From a virus (taxonomy: Duplodnaviria > Heunggongvirae > Uroviricota > Caudoviricetes): a DNA stretch of 64,000 bases. Position numbers and translations under genes: made by a program. Where the stretch lies: positions 1 to 64,000 of IMG/VR virus record IMGVR_UViG_3300002835_000066. One strand, 5' to 3'. Positions within the stretch are counted from its first letter, which is position 1. Every line of letters starts with the position of its first letter. Of this stretch, positions 8,950-16,995 are shown piece by piece. The notes beneath the pieces are model-generated. The model was not told where the DNA came from. It worked only from the letters and a program-made list of their open reading frames with translations, and searched no databases.

Positions 8950-9035
8950 TGGTGCCCCGAGAGGGACTTGAACCCCCACGCCCTAAGGGCAAAAGATTTT
9001 GAATCTTCCGCGTCTACCGATTCCACCATCGGGGC
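8950..9035 (-). tRNA. tRNA-Leu (anticodon CAA). Type II.
   Basis: GCCCCGATGGTGGAATCGGTAGACGCGGAAGATTCAAAATCTTTT, variable arm, GGGGGTTCAAGTCCCTCTCGGGGCACCA. Confidence 0.85.
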
Positions 9036-9223
9036 AGTAAATTGATCCGGTTTGTTTACATGTACGATAGCTGGCGGATATCATGATCCCCTATGTAACA
9101 TGGTTCAGCAGCCGGAACTGCTTAGTAGTGTCGGTTCAGCAGTTCAGGTACTTGTTTATAGACCCTCATAGTGTGCCTTGAAGCATCGTTCTAGACCGAT
9201 GACTTCTTCCGATTTCTGAAATT

Positions 9224-9309
9224 TGGTGCGGATGAAGGGACTCGAACCCCCACACCATTACGATACCAGTACCTAAAACTGGGGCGTCTACCAATTCCGC
9301 CACATCCGC
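9224..9309 (-). tRNA. tRNA-Leu (anticodon TAG). Type II.
   Basis: GCGGATGTGGCGGAATTGGTAGACGCCCCAGTTTTAGGTACTGG, variable arm, GGGGGTTCGAGTCCCTTCATCCGCACCA. Confidence 0.85.
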
Positions 9310-9314
9310 AATCT

Positions 9315-9842
9315 TTATAACCACCAAAGCAAACTGTTAGGTAAGTCTTGTGGTCTAATCGTATACCATATAGGCAACGTATATCTTAATCCATTACTAA
9401 CTTGTGTAACACCATGCTCAAGTTTATGACCATTGTATGCTACAACTCTTCCGGGCTTAGGTTGAACTTCAACTTTTTCTCCGTTAGACCTAGTAATAAA
9501 AGTTTGTCCCCCATCAAAATTATCATTTAGATAGAGAACACTTGTGCATAATCCCCATTCACCTGCTTGCATATCACGATGAGCCATATGCTCATTTTGT
9601 CTGCATTCAATGTGGGCACGTTGCACCATTAAATTCTCAGGTACATGTTTCATTATGAGTGAAACTTTCTCTCTAATGAAATCATCTACCGGTTTGCGTG
9701 TATAATGAGGGACAATCGCTTTGAACGGATAGTTATATCCGTGATCGGTTTCTAGCAGAGAACTTGTGTAGTAGGCAATTAAGCTATCACAGTCCTCAAT
9801 GCTCAACACATCATCAAGTATTGTTACTTCATCATCAAACAT
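9315..9842 (-). CDS. 2OG-Fe(II) oxygenase superfamily protein (prolyl 4-hydroxylase-like)
   Basis: 175 aa. An HxD...H arrangement (HMAHRDMQ ... YNGHKLEHGV) and overall resemblance to the small P4Hc-type oxygenases of marine phages. Confidence 0.55.
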   Translation of the reverse strand: MFDDEVTILDDVLSIEDCDSLIAYYTSSLLETDHGYNYPFKAIVPHYTRKPVDDFIREKVSLIMKHVPENLMVQRAHIECRQNEHMAHRDMQAGEWGLCTSVLYLNDNFDGGQTFITRSNGEKVEVQPKPGRVVAYNGHKLEHGVTQVSNGLRYTLPIWYTIRPQDLPNSLLWWL

Positions 9843-9988
9843 AATGTATTTACTCGCCGTAACTAGTGTCTCAAATTTAGTTACCGATACTAACTCAATA
9901 GTACTGCTACGGACATCAGGTACACTCCTGTTTGGTTTGAGAATGAAACAGGGTCACATATGGTCACCGTACACACACGAGTAAAATT

Positions 9989-10064
9989 TGGTGCTCCCAG
10001 ACGGGTTCGAACCGCCGACACCCTGATCTTCAATCAGGTGCTCTACCAACTGAGCTACAGGAGC
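9989..10064 (-). tRNA. tRNA-Phe (anticodon GAA)
   Basis: GCTCCTGTAGCTCAGTTGGTAGAGCACCTGATTGAAGATCAGG...GGTTCGAACCCGTCTGGGAGCACCA. Confidence 0.85.
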
Positions 10065-10071
10065 ATTTAAA

Positions 10072-10148
10072 TGGCGATCTGTACGGGACTTGAACCCGTG
10101 ACCTTTGGCGTGACAGGCCAACGCTCTAACCAACTGAGCTAACAGACC
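10072..10148 (-). tRNA. tRNA-Asp (anticodon GTC)
   Basis: GGTCTGTTAGCTCAGTTGGTTAGAGCGTTGGCCTGTCACGCCAA...GGTTCAAGTCCCGTACAGATCGCCA. Confidence 0.85.
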
Positions 10149-10155
10149 AATGAAT

Positions 10156-10503
10156 TTATGTTGTTTTATTGTTCTTATGCCACTGTCCATAAAAACAGTG
10201 TAGCATTTCGTGACCTACAAATTCAGGCTGATACTCAACTTTGGGATCAACCATATGTATCGTACATGTATCAAACGGTGGCTTAAGTTCACTAAACGCT
10301 ATGACATCTTTAGATGCAACATCTGCTCTATTACCTAGTACTTTCTGTAAATCAGCTTGTGATTTATAAGTGACAATTTTAATTTGCACTGTAGATTTTT
10401 CATATTGCTTTTCACCAAACCTATATCCATCGGCACCTTTCTGAGGCGCGGGATTACAACTGGTTAACAATAACAGTGCTACTAAAGATACTTTTTTAAA
10501 CAT
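10156..10503 (-). CDS. small lipoprotein with an HExxH zinc-metallopeptidase-like motif
   Basis: 115 aa. Lipobox LLLTSC. VGHEMLHCFYGQWH contains HExxH. Confidence 0.45.
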   Translation of the reverse strand: MFKKVSLVALLLLTSCNPAPQKGADGYRFGEKQYEKSTVQIKIVTYKSQADLQKVLGNRADVASKDVIAFSELKPPFDTCTIHMVDPKVEYQPEFVGHEMLHCFYGQWHKNNKTT

Positions 10504-10529
10504 AGAATAATTCCTCCTATGCTATTTAT

Positions 10530-10604
10530 TGGTAGCCCGAACGGGTTCCGACCCCGCTTCTCTGCCTTGAAAGGGCAGTGTCCTAGCCACTAGACGACCG
10601 GGCC
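10530..10604 (-). tRNA. tRNA-Glu (anticodon TTC)
   Basis: GGCCCGGTCGTCTAGTGGCTAGGACACTGCCCTTTCAAGGCAG...GTCGGAACCCGTTCGGGCTACCA. The T-loop has G54 (GTCGGAA). Confidence 0.75.
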
Positions 10605-10610
10605 ATATTT

Positions 10611-10686
10611 TGGTGGAGCCTACGGGGATTGAACCCGTGACCTTCTGTCTGCCAGACAGATGCTCTCCCAGCTGAGCTAAAGCCCC
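10611..10686 (-). tRNA. tRNA-Ala (anticodon GGC)
   Basis: GGGGCTTTAGCTCAGCTGGGAGAGCATCTGTCTGGCAGACAGA...GGTTCAATCCCCGTAGGCTCCACCA. G3-U70 and A73 Ala identity elements. Confidence 0.8.
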
Positions 10687-10695
10687 AAAATTTTA

Positions 10696-12054
10696 TTATT
10701 TGTATAGCCAACCAAGCTCAGGAAACGTCTTCATGAAATCGGTTCCTCTGACTCTATCCATATTAGAATATTCTCGCATATGCTTCAAATGGTCTTCTGT
10801 AGGTTGAACAAAAAATTCCATATCCTGCTGATTCATTTTTCGCAGTTCTTTTATTTTGTTGATTCCTTCGTTGAGCATTTCAGTTTTTACTACATAATAC
10901 TCTGTGTTAGCAATAATAGTATCGCAATACCAAACTTGAAACTCGTCCAATGATAGTTCAACCATTTCCCAATGTTCTTGTGGCATGTTAATAATACTAA
11001 GATGATTTGGATTTCTTAACAAATTACAAAATAGGAAATATTCAAAAATTGCGTTTTTGTCCTGTGCCATAGAAAACTGATACGCTTGCTTATCTATAAT
11101 TTCTTGCATCATTTCTTTCAAGCGATGAACATTGAGAGAACTTATCACCGGCGAATATACTAGCAGGTGAGTCATTTCATCCTCGTTGCGTAGTTGCTCA
11201 AATGACTCTTGAATCTTCTTAAGATTTTCTGATATAGTTTCCCAATCACCGGGCCAGCGTATGTAATTGAATCTGTCGTGTACTTCGTCTACGCTTGCTA
11301 TTACAACAACAGACTTAAACTGTTTCCAGTAGTCTAGTATATGTTTATCTTTATAGCGAAGTGTGCTGCAATTAGAGGAGTATCTTAATTCTACCTCTTT
11401 ACATCTGTTATTTTCTATTAGTCTATCAAGCGTGTACCAGTGATATTCTGATAACAGTGGCTCGCCGCCTGCAAAGTATATAGTTTCAACACTTTCTATA
11501 TTATCATCTATCAACTTATATGCTAGAGTTTTATCCTGTGGCTCAATAAATTTTGTTCCTACAATCGGATAACCTAACTTGTTCATCAAATCAAACCAAC
11601 TAGAACTTAAATCATGATTGCAAGTAATACATGCTTGATTGCATTTATTAGTGAACCTAAAATCAAGATATTTTAGTTTATTAGTTTTCAACTCTCCTGA
11701 CGGGAGAAGTTTATCCATGTACTCATCATAGTTTTTAGAATAGTTTGCATTGGCTATTGTTCTAGCACTAGACTTACTGAACTTTTCTGTGTCATAACAA
11801 AAAGAACAAGCGGGATTTTTCTCCCCTTGAACCATATTCTTTCTAAATTCTTTATACCGTTCTCCGTTCCACACTGAGTTCCAGTCAGAAACTTCATTGA
11901 TGTTTCCTAAAGATTCTTTTGACATATCGCCTACACAACAGGGCATAACATTGCCGTTCGGGGAGACATAAGTGTGTAGAAGACCTAACATACAGAATGT
12001 TGGATTAGAATTTAAATTATGCTCTTTAGTCATACACGAGTATTTATTCAGCAT
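10696..12054 (-). CDS. radical SAM enzyme with an N-terminal SPASM/twitch-like Cys-rich domain (domain order reversed)
   Basis: Start placed at the internal Met (MLNKYSC..., cat at 12052-12054), because the longer ORF overlaps two tRNA-Pro genes. Residues 20-90 read CMLG...NGNVMPCC...GN...W...NPACSFC, a SPASM/twitch-like pattern. The radical-SAM CxxxCxxC box FTNKCNQACITCN follows. A GGEP-like FAGGEPLL SAM-binding motif is also present. Confidence 0.6.
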   Translation of the reverse strand: MLNKYSCMTKEHNLNSNPTFCMLGLLHTYVSPNGNVMPCCVGDMSKESLGNINEVSDWNSVWNGERYKEFRKNMVQGEKNPACSFCYDTEKFSKSSARTIANANYSKNYDEYMDKLLPSGELKTNKLKYLDFRFTNKCNQACITCNHDLSSSWFDLMNKLGYPIVGTKFIEPQDKTLAYKLIDDNIESVETIYFAGGEPLLSEYHWYTLDRLIENNRCKEVELRYSSNCSTLRYKDKHILDYWKQFKSVVVIASVDEVHDRFNYIRWPGDWETISENLKKIQESFEQLRNEDEMTHLLVYSPVISSLNVHRLKEMMQEIIDKQAYQFSMAQDKNAIFEYFLFCNLLRNPNHLSIINMPQEHWEMVELSLDEFQVWYCDTIIANTEYYVVKTEMLNEGINKIKELRKMNQQDMEFFVQPTEDHLKHMREYSNMDRVRGTDFMKTFPELGWLYK

Positions 12055-12073
12055 ATGAGGGTACTCTATAAAC

Positions 12074-12152
12074 TGGTCGGGAATGTAGGATTCGAACCTA
12101 CGATCTCCTGGCCCCAAACCAGGCGGATTAAACCAGACTTTCCTAATTCCCG
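12074..12152 (-). tRNA. tRNA-Pro (anticodon TGG), second copy with a divergent D-arm
   Basis: CGGGAATTAGGAAAGTCTGGTTTAATCCGCCTGGTTTGGGGCCAGGAGATCGTAGGTTCGAATCCTACATTCCCGACCA. Acceptor and T arm are identical to the copy at 2655-2731. Confidence 0.6.
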
Positions 12153-12158
12153 TTGAAT

Positions 12159-12235
12159 TGGTCGGGGTAGCCGGATTTGAACCGACGACCACTTGTCCCC
12201 CAGACAAGTGCGCTACCAGGCTGCGCTATACCCCG
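12159..12235 (-). tRNA. tRNA-Pro (anticodon GGG)
   Basis: CGGGGTATAGCGCAGCCTGGTAGCGCACTTGTCTGGGGGACAAG...GGTTCAAATCCGGCTACCCCGACCA. Confidence 0.85.
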
Positions 12236-12242
12236 TTGGGTT

Positions 12243-12330
12243 TGGTGGAGTCGGTGAGATTCGAACTCACGGTACCTTTCGGTACGCTACCTTTCCAAGA
12301 TAGTCTAATCGGCCACTCTAGCACGACTCC
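12243..12330 (-). tRNA. tRNA-Ser (anticodon GGA). Type II.
   Basis: GGAGTCGTGCTAGAGTGGCCGATTAGACTATCTTGGAAAGGTAG, long variable arm, GTGAGTTCGAATCTCACCGACTCCACCA. Confidence 0.8.
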
Positions 12331-12468
12331 TTGAAATGGCGCGCCCGCTTTTTTTCTATACTGGGGCTACTTTCGGAAGGTAGTCCATGTATGCGGACGC
12401 ATAAGATTGGAGGGCAGCGGTAACGGTTGTTCGTCACTATTGCAGTGGGTATCACTCGCCGCCATAAG

Positions 12469-12660
12469 TTAAAGTCCGAGAAAATGCATTACTAGCTTGA
12501 AGGGCCAGACATGTTCCCAGAGAAAGTGTTCTAATGGATAGCTGATAGTTACGCCAATCCAAAATCTATAATCAGTAATCAAATTTGAACACGAATTCAT
12601 ACACCGAACTAACAGTCCGGTCTTCTTATCTTCGTGATAATGTGGTTCATGTTCTTTCAT
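12469..12660 (-). CDS. possible small ORF (63 aa, His-rich N-terminus MKEHEPHYHEDKK) in the 400-bp gap inside the tRNA array
   Basis: The ORF-track entry 12469..12855 overlaps tRNA genes. Only the part below 12729 can be coding. No motif support. Confidence 0.2.
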   Translation of the reverse strand: MKEHEPHYHEDKKTGLLVRCMNSCSNLITDYRFWIGVTISYPLEHFLWEHVWPFKLVMHFLGL

Positions 12661-12728
12661 ACAATGTCTATCTCTTTGTGCATATACTAGTATACTATAT
12701 ATCAAGCAGCTTGTCAACCTAGTAATAA

Positions 12729-12803
12729 TGGTACACCCTACTGGGTTTGAACCAGTGACCTTTTCCATGTCAAGGAAATGCTCTACCGCTGAGCTAAGGG
12801 TGC
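12729..12803 (-). tRNA. tRNA-Val (anticodon GAC)
   Basis: GCACCCTTAGCTCAGCGGTAGAGCATTTCCTTGACATGGAAA...GGTTCAAACCCAGTAGGGTGTACCA. Confidence 0.85.
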
Positions 12804-12810
12804 ATGAAAC

Positions 12811-12888
12811 TGGGGTGAAAGACGGGACTCGAACCCGCGACATTCGGTACCACAAACCGACGCTCTAACCAACTGAGCTACAATCACC
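12811..12888 (-). tRNA. tRNA-His (anticodon GTG) with an encoded G-1 opposite C73
   Basis: G-GTGATTGTAGCTCAGTTGGTTAGAGCGTCGGTTTGTGGTACCGA...GGTTCGAGTCCCGTCTTTCACCCCA. The extra 5' G and C73 are the His hallmark. Two U-U mismatches in the acceptor stem. Confidence 0.75.
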
Positions 12889-12894
12889 ATAAAC

Positions 12895-12968
12895 TGGCAT
12901 ACGCTGTAGGAGTCGAACCCACGCTAACTGGGTTGGAACCAGTCGTGCTACCGTAACACTTAGCGTAC
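12895..12968 (-). tRNA. tRNA-Trp (anticodon CCA), second and divergent copy
   Basis: GTACGCTAAGTGTTACGGTAGCACGACTGGTTCCAACCCAGT...GGTTCGACTCCTACAGCGTATGCCA. G73. Confidence 0.6.
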
Positions 12969-12975
12969 ATGAAAT

Positions 12976-13052
12976 TGGTGCCCGCGGAAGGATTCGAACC
13001 TCCGACCCTCAGATTCGTAATCTGATGCTCTATCCAGCTGAGCTACGCGGGC
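12976..13052 (-). tRNA. tRNA-Arg (anticodon ACG)
   Basis: GCCCGCGTAGCTCAGCTGGATAGAGCATCAGATTACGAATCTGA...GGTTCGAATCCTCCGCGGGCACCA. Confidence 0.85.
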
Positions 13053-13059
13053 ATTAACT

Positions 13060-13136
13060 TGGTGGACCCTGAGGGATTCGAACCCCCGACATTCTGTTTC
13101 GAAGACAGACGCTCTATCCAGCTGAACTAAGGGTCC
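13060..13136 (-). tRNA. tRNA-Arg (anticodon TCG)
   Basis: GGACCCTTAGTTCAGCTGGATAGAGCGTCTGTCTTCGAAACAGA...GGTTCGAATCCCTCAGGGTCCACCA. Confidence 0.8.
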
Positions 13137-13149
13137 GATAAATAATAGC

Positions 13150-14235
13150 ATGAATATTTACTACGTAGACTTAATCCCGTATTTTAACCTCTATCATGAA
13201 TTTACAATTCCTAAAGGCATTGAAAGGGTGAAAGCATTAATCAGTGACAAAGATAACAAAATAATACTATCTGCGGTATGGGAAATATGGCCGCATGAAA
13301 AAATCCTAACTGCACTAGAAATACTAGGAGTTACTCCTAATCAAGACAATGTTGTGCTACTGTTAGATGTTTATAGTTACAGCGAACCCAATCATTGGAC
13401 CACTGTAAATACCGTATTATATGATTCTTTGCTGTGTAGAGTACATAAATCAGAGAATCCTGAGTTTGGTCCTAATCTAGACAATGACAAAATATTGTTT
13501 AAAATAGGAACTCCTTATAAAAAACAACGAATATTTACATTATACGATTTGTACCAGCGAAATGAACTCGCTAAGTGCGAATGGTCATTGCATTACGGGT
13601 CTCATCTAGAAGATGCAGTGCGTTGTTATTTGCCTAATATGTCTGATGATGCGTATCAAAGATTTATAACCGATACTGTTAGAAAAATTGATGATGTCTC
13701 ACCAAACTTTGGAACGGGCACTACTAATTTTTATCCAATTGCGTTTAGCCCTACAGCCGAAATGTATGCTAAAACGGCTGTTAGTTTAGTTACTGAAACT
13801 ACATTTCATCCTGAGTATTACTGGTTTATCACAGAAAAAACTTGGAAAACAATTAATAATTTTCATCCCTTCGTGCTAATAGGCTACAAAAAAACGTATG
13901 AATATTTGCATTCCTTAGGATTTGATACCTTTCAGTATGCAGTAAAACATCCATATGAAACATTAGTAGGACCAGAAGAAGATGTAATTAGAATGTGCGT
14001 TGACAATGTGTTGCATTTATTAAGCAACAAAGATCTGCATAGAGACAAACTCACTAAATCCGTGATTAACAATAAAAAAGTATTTACTGATTTAGCAGAC
14101 ACGTATAACAACAAAGTAAACCCATACATAGAAGATTTGATTTGGAATCACTCACTTCAAAAAGTGAGTGATGACCATTCTGTAGAAGTTTATGAAAAAC
14201 TTTGGGGCAAGTATGGTGCTGTTGGAGAGGATTGA
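13150..14235 (+). CDS. hypothetical protein (plus strand, 361 aa)
   Basis: Long ORF convergent with the tRNA array. No motif I recognise. Confidence 0.45.
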   Translation: MNIYYVDLIPYFNLYHEFTIPKGIERVKALISDKDNKIILSAVWEIWPHEKILTALEILGVTPNQDNVVLLLDVYSYSEPNHWTTVNTVLYDSLLCRVHKSENPEFGPNLDNDKILFKIGTPYKKQRIFTLYDLYQRNELAKCEWSLHYGSHLEDAVRCYLPNMSDDAYQRFITDTVRKIDDVSPNFGTGTTNFYPIAFSPTAEMYAKTAVSLVTETTFHPEYYWFITEKTWKTINNFHPFVLIGYKKTYEYLHSLGFDTFQYAVKHPYETLVGPEEDVIRMCVDNVLHLLSNKDLHRDKLTKSVINNKKVFTDLADTYNNKVNPYIEDLIWNHSLQKVSDDHSVEVYEKLWGKYGAVGED

Positions 14236-14289
14236 ACTCTCGACCTCTTCATTACCAATGAAGTGCTACTACCACTGAGCTACAACAGC
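14217..14289 (-). tRNA. tRNA-Thr (anticodon GGT). CCA not encoded.
   Basis: GCTGTTGTAGCTCAGTGGTAGTAGCACTTCATTGGTAATGAAG...GAGAGTTCAATCCTCTCCAACAGCA. Confidence 0.7.
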
Positions 14290-14295
14290 GTCATG

Positions 14296-15051
14296 CTATT
14301 TATTAGAAATATTTGACCAAATATATTTGGCTAAAAATTCATTAAAGTCTTTACCGCTATGCACTAGATCTCTTGCTAGTTCACTGCATGAAGTGTTGGC
14401 ACGTAGTACAGATATTTGATCAGGAATAGCATATAAGTTTACTCCGTGCTTAGTAGTCAATTGTCGTAACATAATTTCTAACAGTAGAAACTTTGTATTA
14501 TTGTATCCGAATGTGTCGGATAAAATCATAAAATCACGTAAATCATTATTGTCTTTTGCAGACCACGGCCCTTCAAATGATATCGTTTTATTTTGGGATA
14601 TCAATGGAAATCTAGACATTCCTGTTTGTTGAAATACAATTGTTTTTGGAGGATTGAAATTAGTAAGTAACCAAACTAGGTTTAAAAAGCTAACTTCGTT
14701 AGAGGAACCTCCTAATCCCATATTGTAGACGGGAATTCCTGCTAAATTTTCAAGATGACAAGAATACGTATCTTCATGATGAATCCCAGTACCCATAGTA
14801 TGTGAACAGCCTATTGTCACGATATAGGGGGCGTGTTGAATAACATCTAAAGAATGATGATTTCTGAAACCATAATTGTCAGACTTATATGTAAGCTGAA
14901 CTAGCGAATCGTAGTATTTCCAAGATTCACCTAATCTTGCTCGATTGGTGAAAAACTTTTCTTTGGAATCACTGCCATAAAAGTGAAAAGTAGTGTTCTC
15001 TACTAGAGCAATTCTATTGCCATAAAAAATAGGAAAAGTATGTTGTAACAT
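14296..15051 (-). CDS. SGNH/GDSL-like hydrolase family protein, paralog 3
   Basis: 251 aa. TIGCSHTMGTG in the block I position and GLGGSSNEVS in the block III position. Confidence 0.35.
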   Translation of the reverse strand: MLQHTFPIFYGNRIALVENTTFHFYGSDSKEKFFTNRARLGESWKYYDSLVQLTYKSDNYGFRNHHSLDVIQHAPYIVTIGCSHTMGTGIHHEDTYSCHLENLAGIPVYNMGLGGSSNEVSFLNLVWLLTNFNPPKTIVFQQTGMSRFPLISQNKTISFEGPWSAKDNNDLRDFMILSDTFGYNNTKFLLLEIMLRQLTTKHGVNLYAIPDQISVLRANTSCSELARDLVHSGKDFNEFLAKYIWSNISNK

Positions 15052-15071
15052 GCAAGCAGCCTTACTCTCTT

Positions 15072-15145
15072 TGGATGCCCCACGAGGACTCGAACCTCGA
15101 TTGACGGAGTCAAAGTCCGCTCTCTTACCATTAGAGGATGGGGCA
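15072..15145 (-). tRNA. tRNA-Gln (anticodon TTG)
   Basis: TGCCCCATCCTCTAATGGTAAGAGAGCGGACTTTGACTCCGT...GGTTCGAGTCCTCGTGGGGCATCCA. U1-A72 is typical of Gln. Confidence 0.8.
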
Positions 15146-15196
15146 GCATCAATATACGTGTATTATATATGCTCTATAGAGCAATGTCAAATATTT

Positions 15197-15272
15197 TGGA
15201 TGCCCGACTAGGGCTCGAACCTAGAACCTACTGAGTCAGAGTCAGTCGATCTACCAATTGATCTATCGGGCA
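15197..15272 (-). tRNA. tRNA-Gln (anticodon CTG)
   Basis: TGCCCGATAGATCAATTGGTAGATCGACTGACTCTGACTCAGT...GGTTCGAGCCCTAGTCGGGCATCCA. Confidence 0.8.
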
Positions 15273-15544
15273 ATATATCATTCATTATTAGAGGACACTC
15301 AAAGGTGCCAGTCGGTTTACAAAGCCGGTGCATTTTTTAACAGTGAATGTTCTCAAATAATGAATGGTTAGCCTTTTGTTGATAAGCGATCTATGTTTCC
15401 TGGCATTTCAGGATTGACCGCTTGAGAGGATCGTAATGTCCTCATCTGATAGTTTTTTCATCACCGCAAAGTGAATCCATCATTACCACCGCCCGTTCAT
15501 TTTTTATAGTGCTTTGCAGCCTCGTTCCGACTTGCACTTCTAAA

Positions 15545-15578
15545 TGGAAAACCCCAAGAACTTGAGTTCCCGGGGTCT
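15545..15578 (-). terminator. putative intrinsic terminator (imperfect GC-rich hairpin, then a U-run on the minus-strand transcript)
   Basis: Minus-strand sense ccccgggaactcaagttcttgggg followed by ttttccattt. Lies just 3' of the small ORF 15608-15748. Confidence 0.4.
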
Positions 15579-15607
15579 AAATAAACTAGTTTAACTATGT
15601 CTACTTA

Positions 15608-15748
15608 TCCGCCGGGCTCTTGTTCCACTGATGGTGTAAAGTCGCCGCGATTGCTTGTAATATATACTGCCGCAACTGCACCCATCGGAGCCAATAATTG
15701 TCCCCAGAGTATATGCTGTTTCAGCGATATGTTACAAGTAGTATTCAT
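15608..15748 (-). CDS. possible 47-aa membrane peptide (MNTTCNISLKQHILWGQLLAPMGAVAAVYITSNRGDFTPSVEQEPGG)
   Basis: Hand-translated. Below the ORF-track size cut-off. Has a hydrophobic core. Sits between an orphan copy of the promoter-leader motif and a terminator-like hairpin. Confidence 0.25.
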
Positions 15749-15902
15749 AGTAAGTTTATTTAGTCCTGGTTAATAATAGTGCATTTTAACGGGTAGTTTT
15801 TCAACTTTTCGTCAAATCTGCATTACATATACTCTTATATATCATTTCAAAACTGTTGTCAAGAAAAAAATGACCTTAGTCAGAAATTAATTTCTGAACG
15901 AG

Positions 15903-15933
15903 CTCCGTTTTCTCAGCTTATAATTAACTATAG
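15903..15933 (-). promoter_or_regulatory. conserved promoter/5'-leader motif, copy 1 of 3. An orphan copy with no adjacent start codon.
   Basis: Plus strand ctccgttttctcagcttataattaactatag. Near-identical blocks lie at 27613-27640 and 28549-28581, each directly abutting a minus-strand ATG. Confidence 0.45.
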
Positions 15934-15980
15934 CACCGTTAGCTTTCTATGTCAACCCCTAATTCACCTCTAAATAGAAG

Positions 15981-16541
15981 ATGAATTACGATTCCTTCTC
16001 TCACGGTCAAATCCAAAGCAAAGTCTGGCTTTGCAAAGAACTTGAACGCTTTGTCCATGCTAACATCAAGATTGCTATCTTAGGTAGCTGGTACAACGTG
16101 CTTTCATTTATGCTTCTAACACGAAACGCGGATAGATATCAATACATTTTGGGCGTAGACATTGACCCGGAGACAAAAGAGATTGCTGACAAGCTTACCG
16201 AAGCATGGCGAATCGGTAAGGATTATAAGGTTGAGAACATTATAGCGGACGCAAATGGTGTAAATTTAGCAGGCTACGACCTTGTAATCAACTGCTCACC
16301 GGAGCATATGAAGGGCAATGATTGGTTTGAGAATCTTGAGTACGGCACTATGGTGTGTATTCAATCAAGTGACGTACAGACAGCGGACGATGATGTTTGG
16401 AAGTGTGTCAACTCTAATGAGTCGTTGGAAGACCTGACACTAAAATACCCGTTATCAAAGTATCTTTACTCCGGGGAGAAGGAGATTAGATATAGCGATG
16501 ATAACGGGTATACGAGATTTATGCTAATCGGTATTAAATAA
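15981..16541 (+). CDS. possible class I SAM-dependent methyltransferase-like protein
   Basis: 186 aa. A Rossmann-like motif I region (IAILGSWYNVLSFMLL ... GVDIDPE), an acidic residue after beta-2, and DLVINCSP. Weak call. Confidence 0.3.
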   Translation: MNYDSFSHGQIQSKVWLCKELERFVHANIKIAILGSWYNVLSFMLLTRNADRYQYILGVDIDPETKEIADKLTEAWRIGKDYKVENIIADANGVNLAGYDLVINCSPEHMKGNDWFENLEYGTMVCIQSSDVQTADDDVWKCVNSNESLEDLTLKYPLSKYLYSGEKEIRYSDDNGYTRFMLIGIK

Positions 16542-16995
16542 GGCACTTACCAATAGCAGGGATTAAACCTGCTATCTTAGCAATATCCACAAGTTGTTCA
16601 TTGGTGTAACCAAACTCTATCAACCCACTCCTAATAACCTCAATACTAAGTTCATCTTTGAGAATCATAGAAACAGCTAAGGCATAGGGAGTAATCTTGA
16701 GGTCAGTGATTAAGAGGTCTCCGCTGATATTGCTAAAAGTCATATCTATTACAGCCGCAGCCACTTCTTCGCGGATATCATTTCCTCTAAGCTCATCGCT
16801 CATTGAAATTTCAAGAGCCAATTCACCGTATCCTACTGCTAAAGAAGCAGCAAGGGCACAAGAATGTGCTTCTACAGTAGAAAGACTAGTATCTTTCATA
16901 ACAGATTCAAGTCTGTTTACCAACTGCGATGCATAGTCAGGCAAGCTGATGGTTACAGTAGTAACCCAATTGCTAGGTTGTACTAGTGAATTCAT
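16534..16995 (-). CDS. hypothetical protein (153 aa, Ala/Leu-rich helical)
   Basis: ORF with a 4-nt start/stop overlap with the downstream gene. Confidence 0.45.
   Translation of the reverse strand: MNSLVQPSNWVTTVTISLPDYASQLVNRLESVMKDTSLSTVEAHSCALAASLAVGYGELALEISMSDELRGNDIREEVAAAVIDMTFSNISGDLLITDLKITPYALAVSMILKDELSIEVIRSGLIEFGYTNEQLVDIAKIAGLIPAIGKCLI

Noticed and set aside
9954-10190. 78-aa minus-strand ORF from the track
   Set aside because: It lies entirely over tRNA-Phe and tRNA-Asp. Its translation contains the tRNA-derived sequence.
10696-12207. Full-length 503-aa version of the radical-SAM ORF
   Set aside because: Its first 51 codons run through tRNA-Pro(TGG)-2 and tRNA-Pro(GGG). The internal Met at 12054 gives a sensible N-terminus, so the CDS is trimmed.
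12331-12360. ggcgcgcc palindrome followed by a T7 run after tRNA-Ser
   Set aside because: It is an 8-bp self-complementary site with no loop. It is not a hairpin terminator. It is probably coincidental, or a restriction-like site.
12661-12855. N-terminal two-thirds of track ORF 12469..12855
   Set aside because: It overlaps tRNA-Val(GAC) and tRNA-His. Only the part below 12660 could be coding, and even that is weakly supported.
12960-13151. 63-aa minus-strand ORF from the track
   Set aside because: It overlaps tRNA-Arg(ACG) and tRNA-Arg(TCG) completely.
15305-15340. Possible plus-strand terminator (ggtgccagtcggtttacaaagccggtgcatttttt)
   Set aside because: The flanking GGTGC copies are direct, not inverted. 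Only a 3-5-bp stem can form, so the T-run alone is not convincing.
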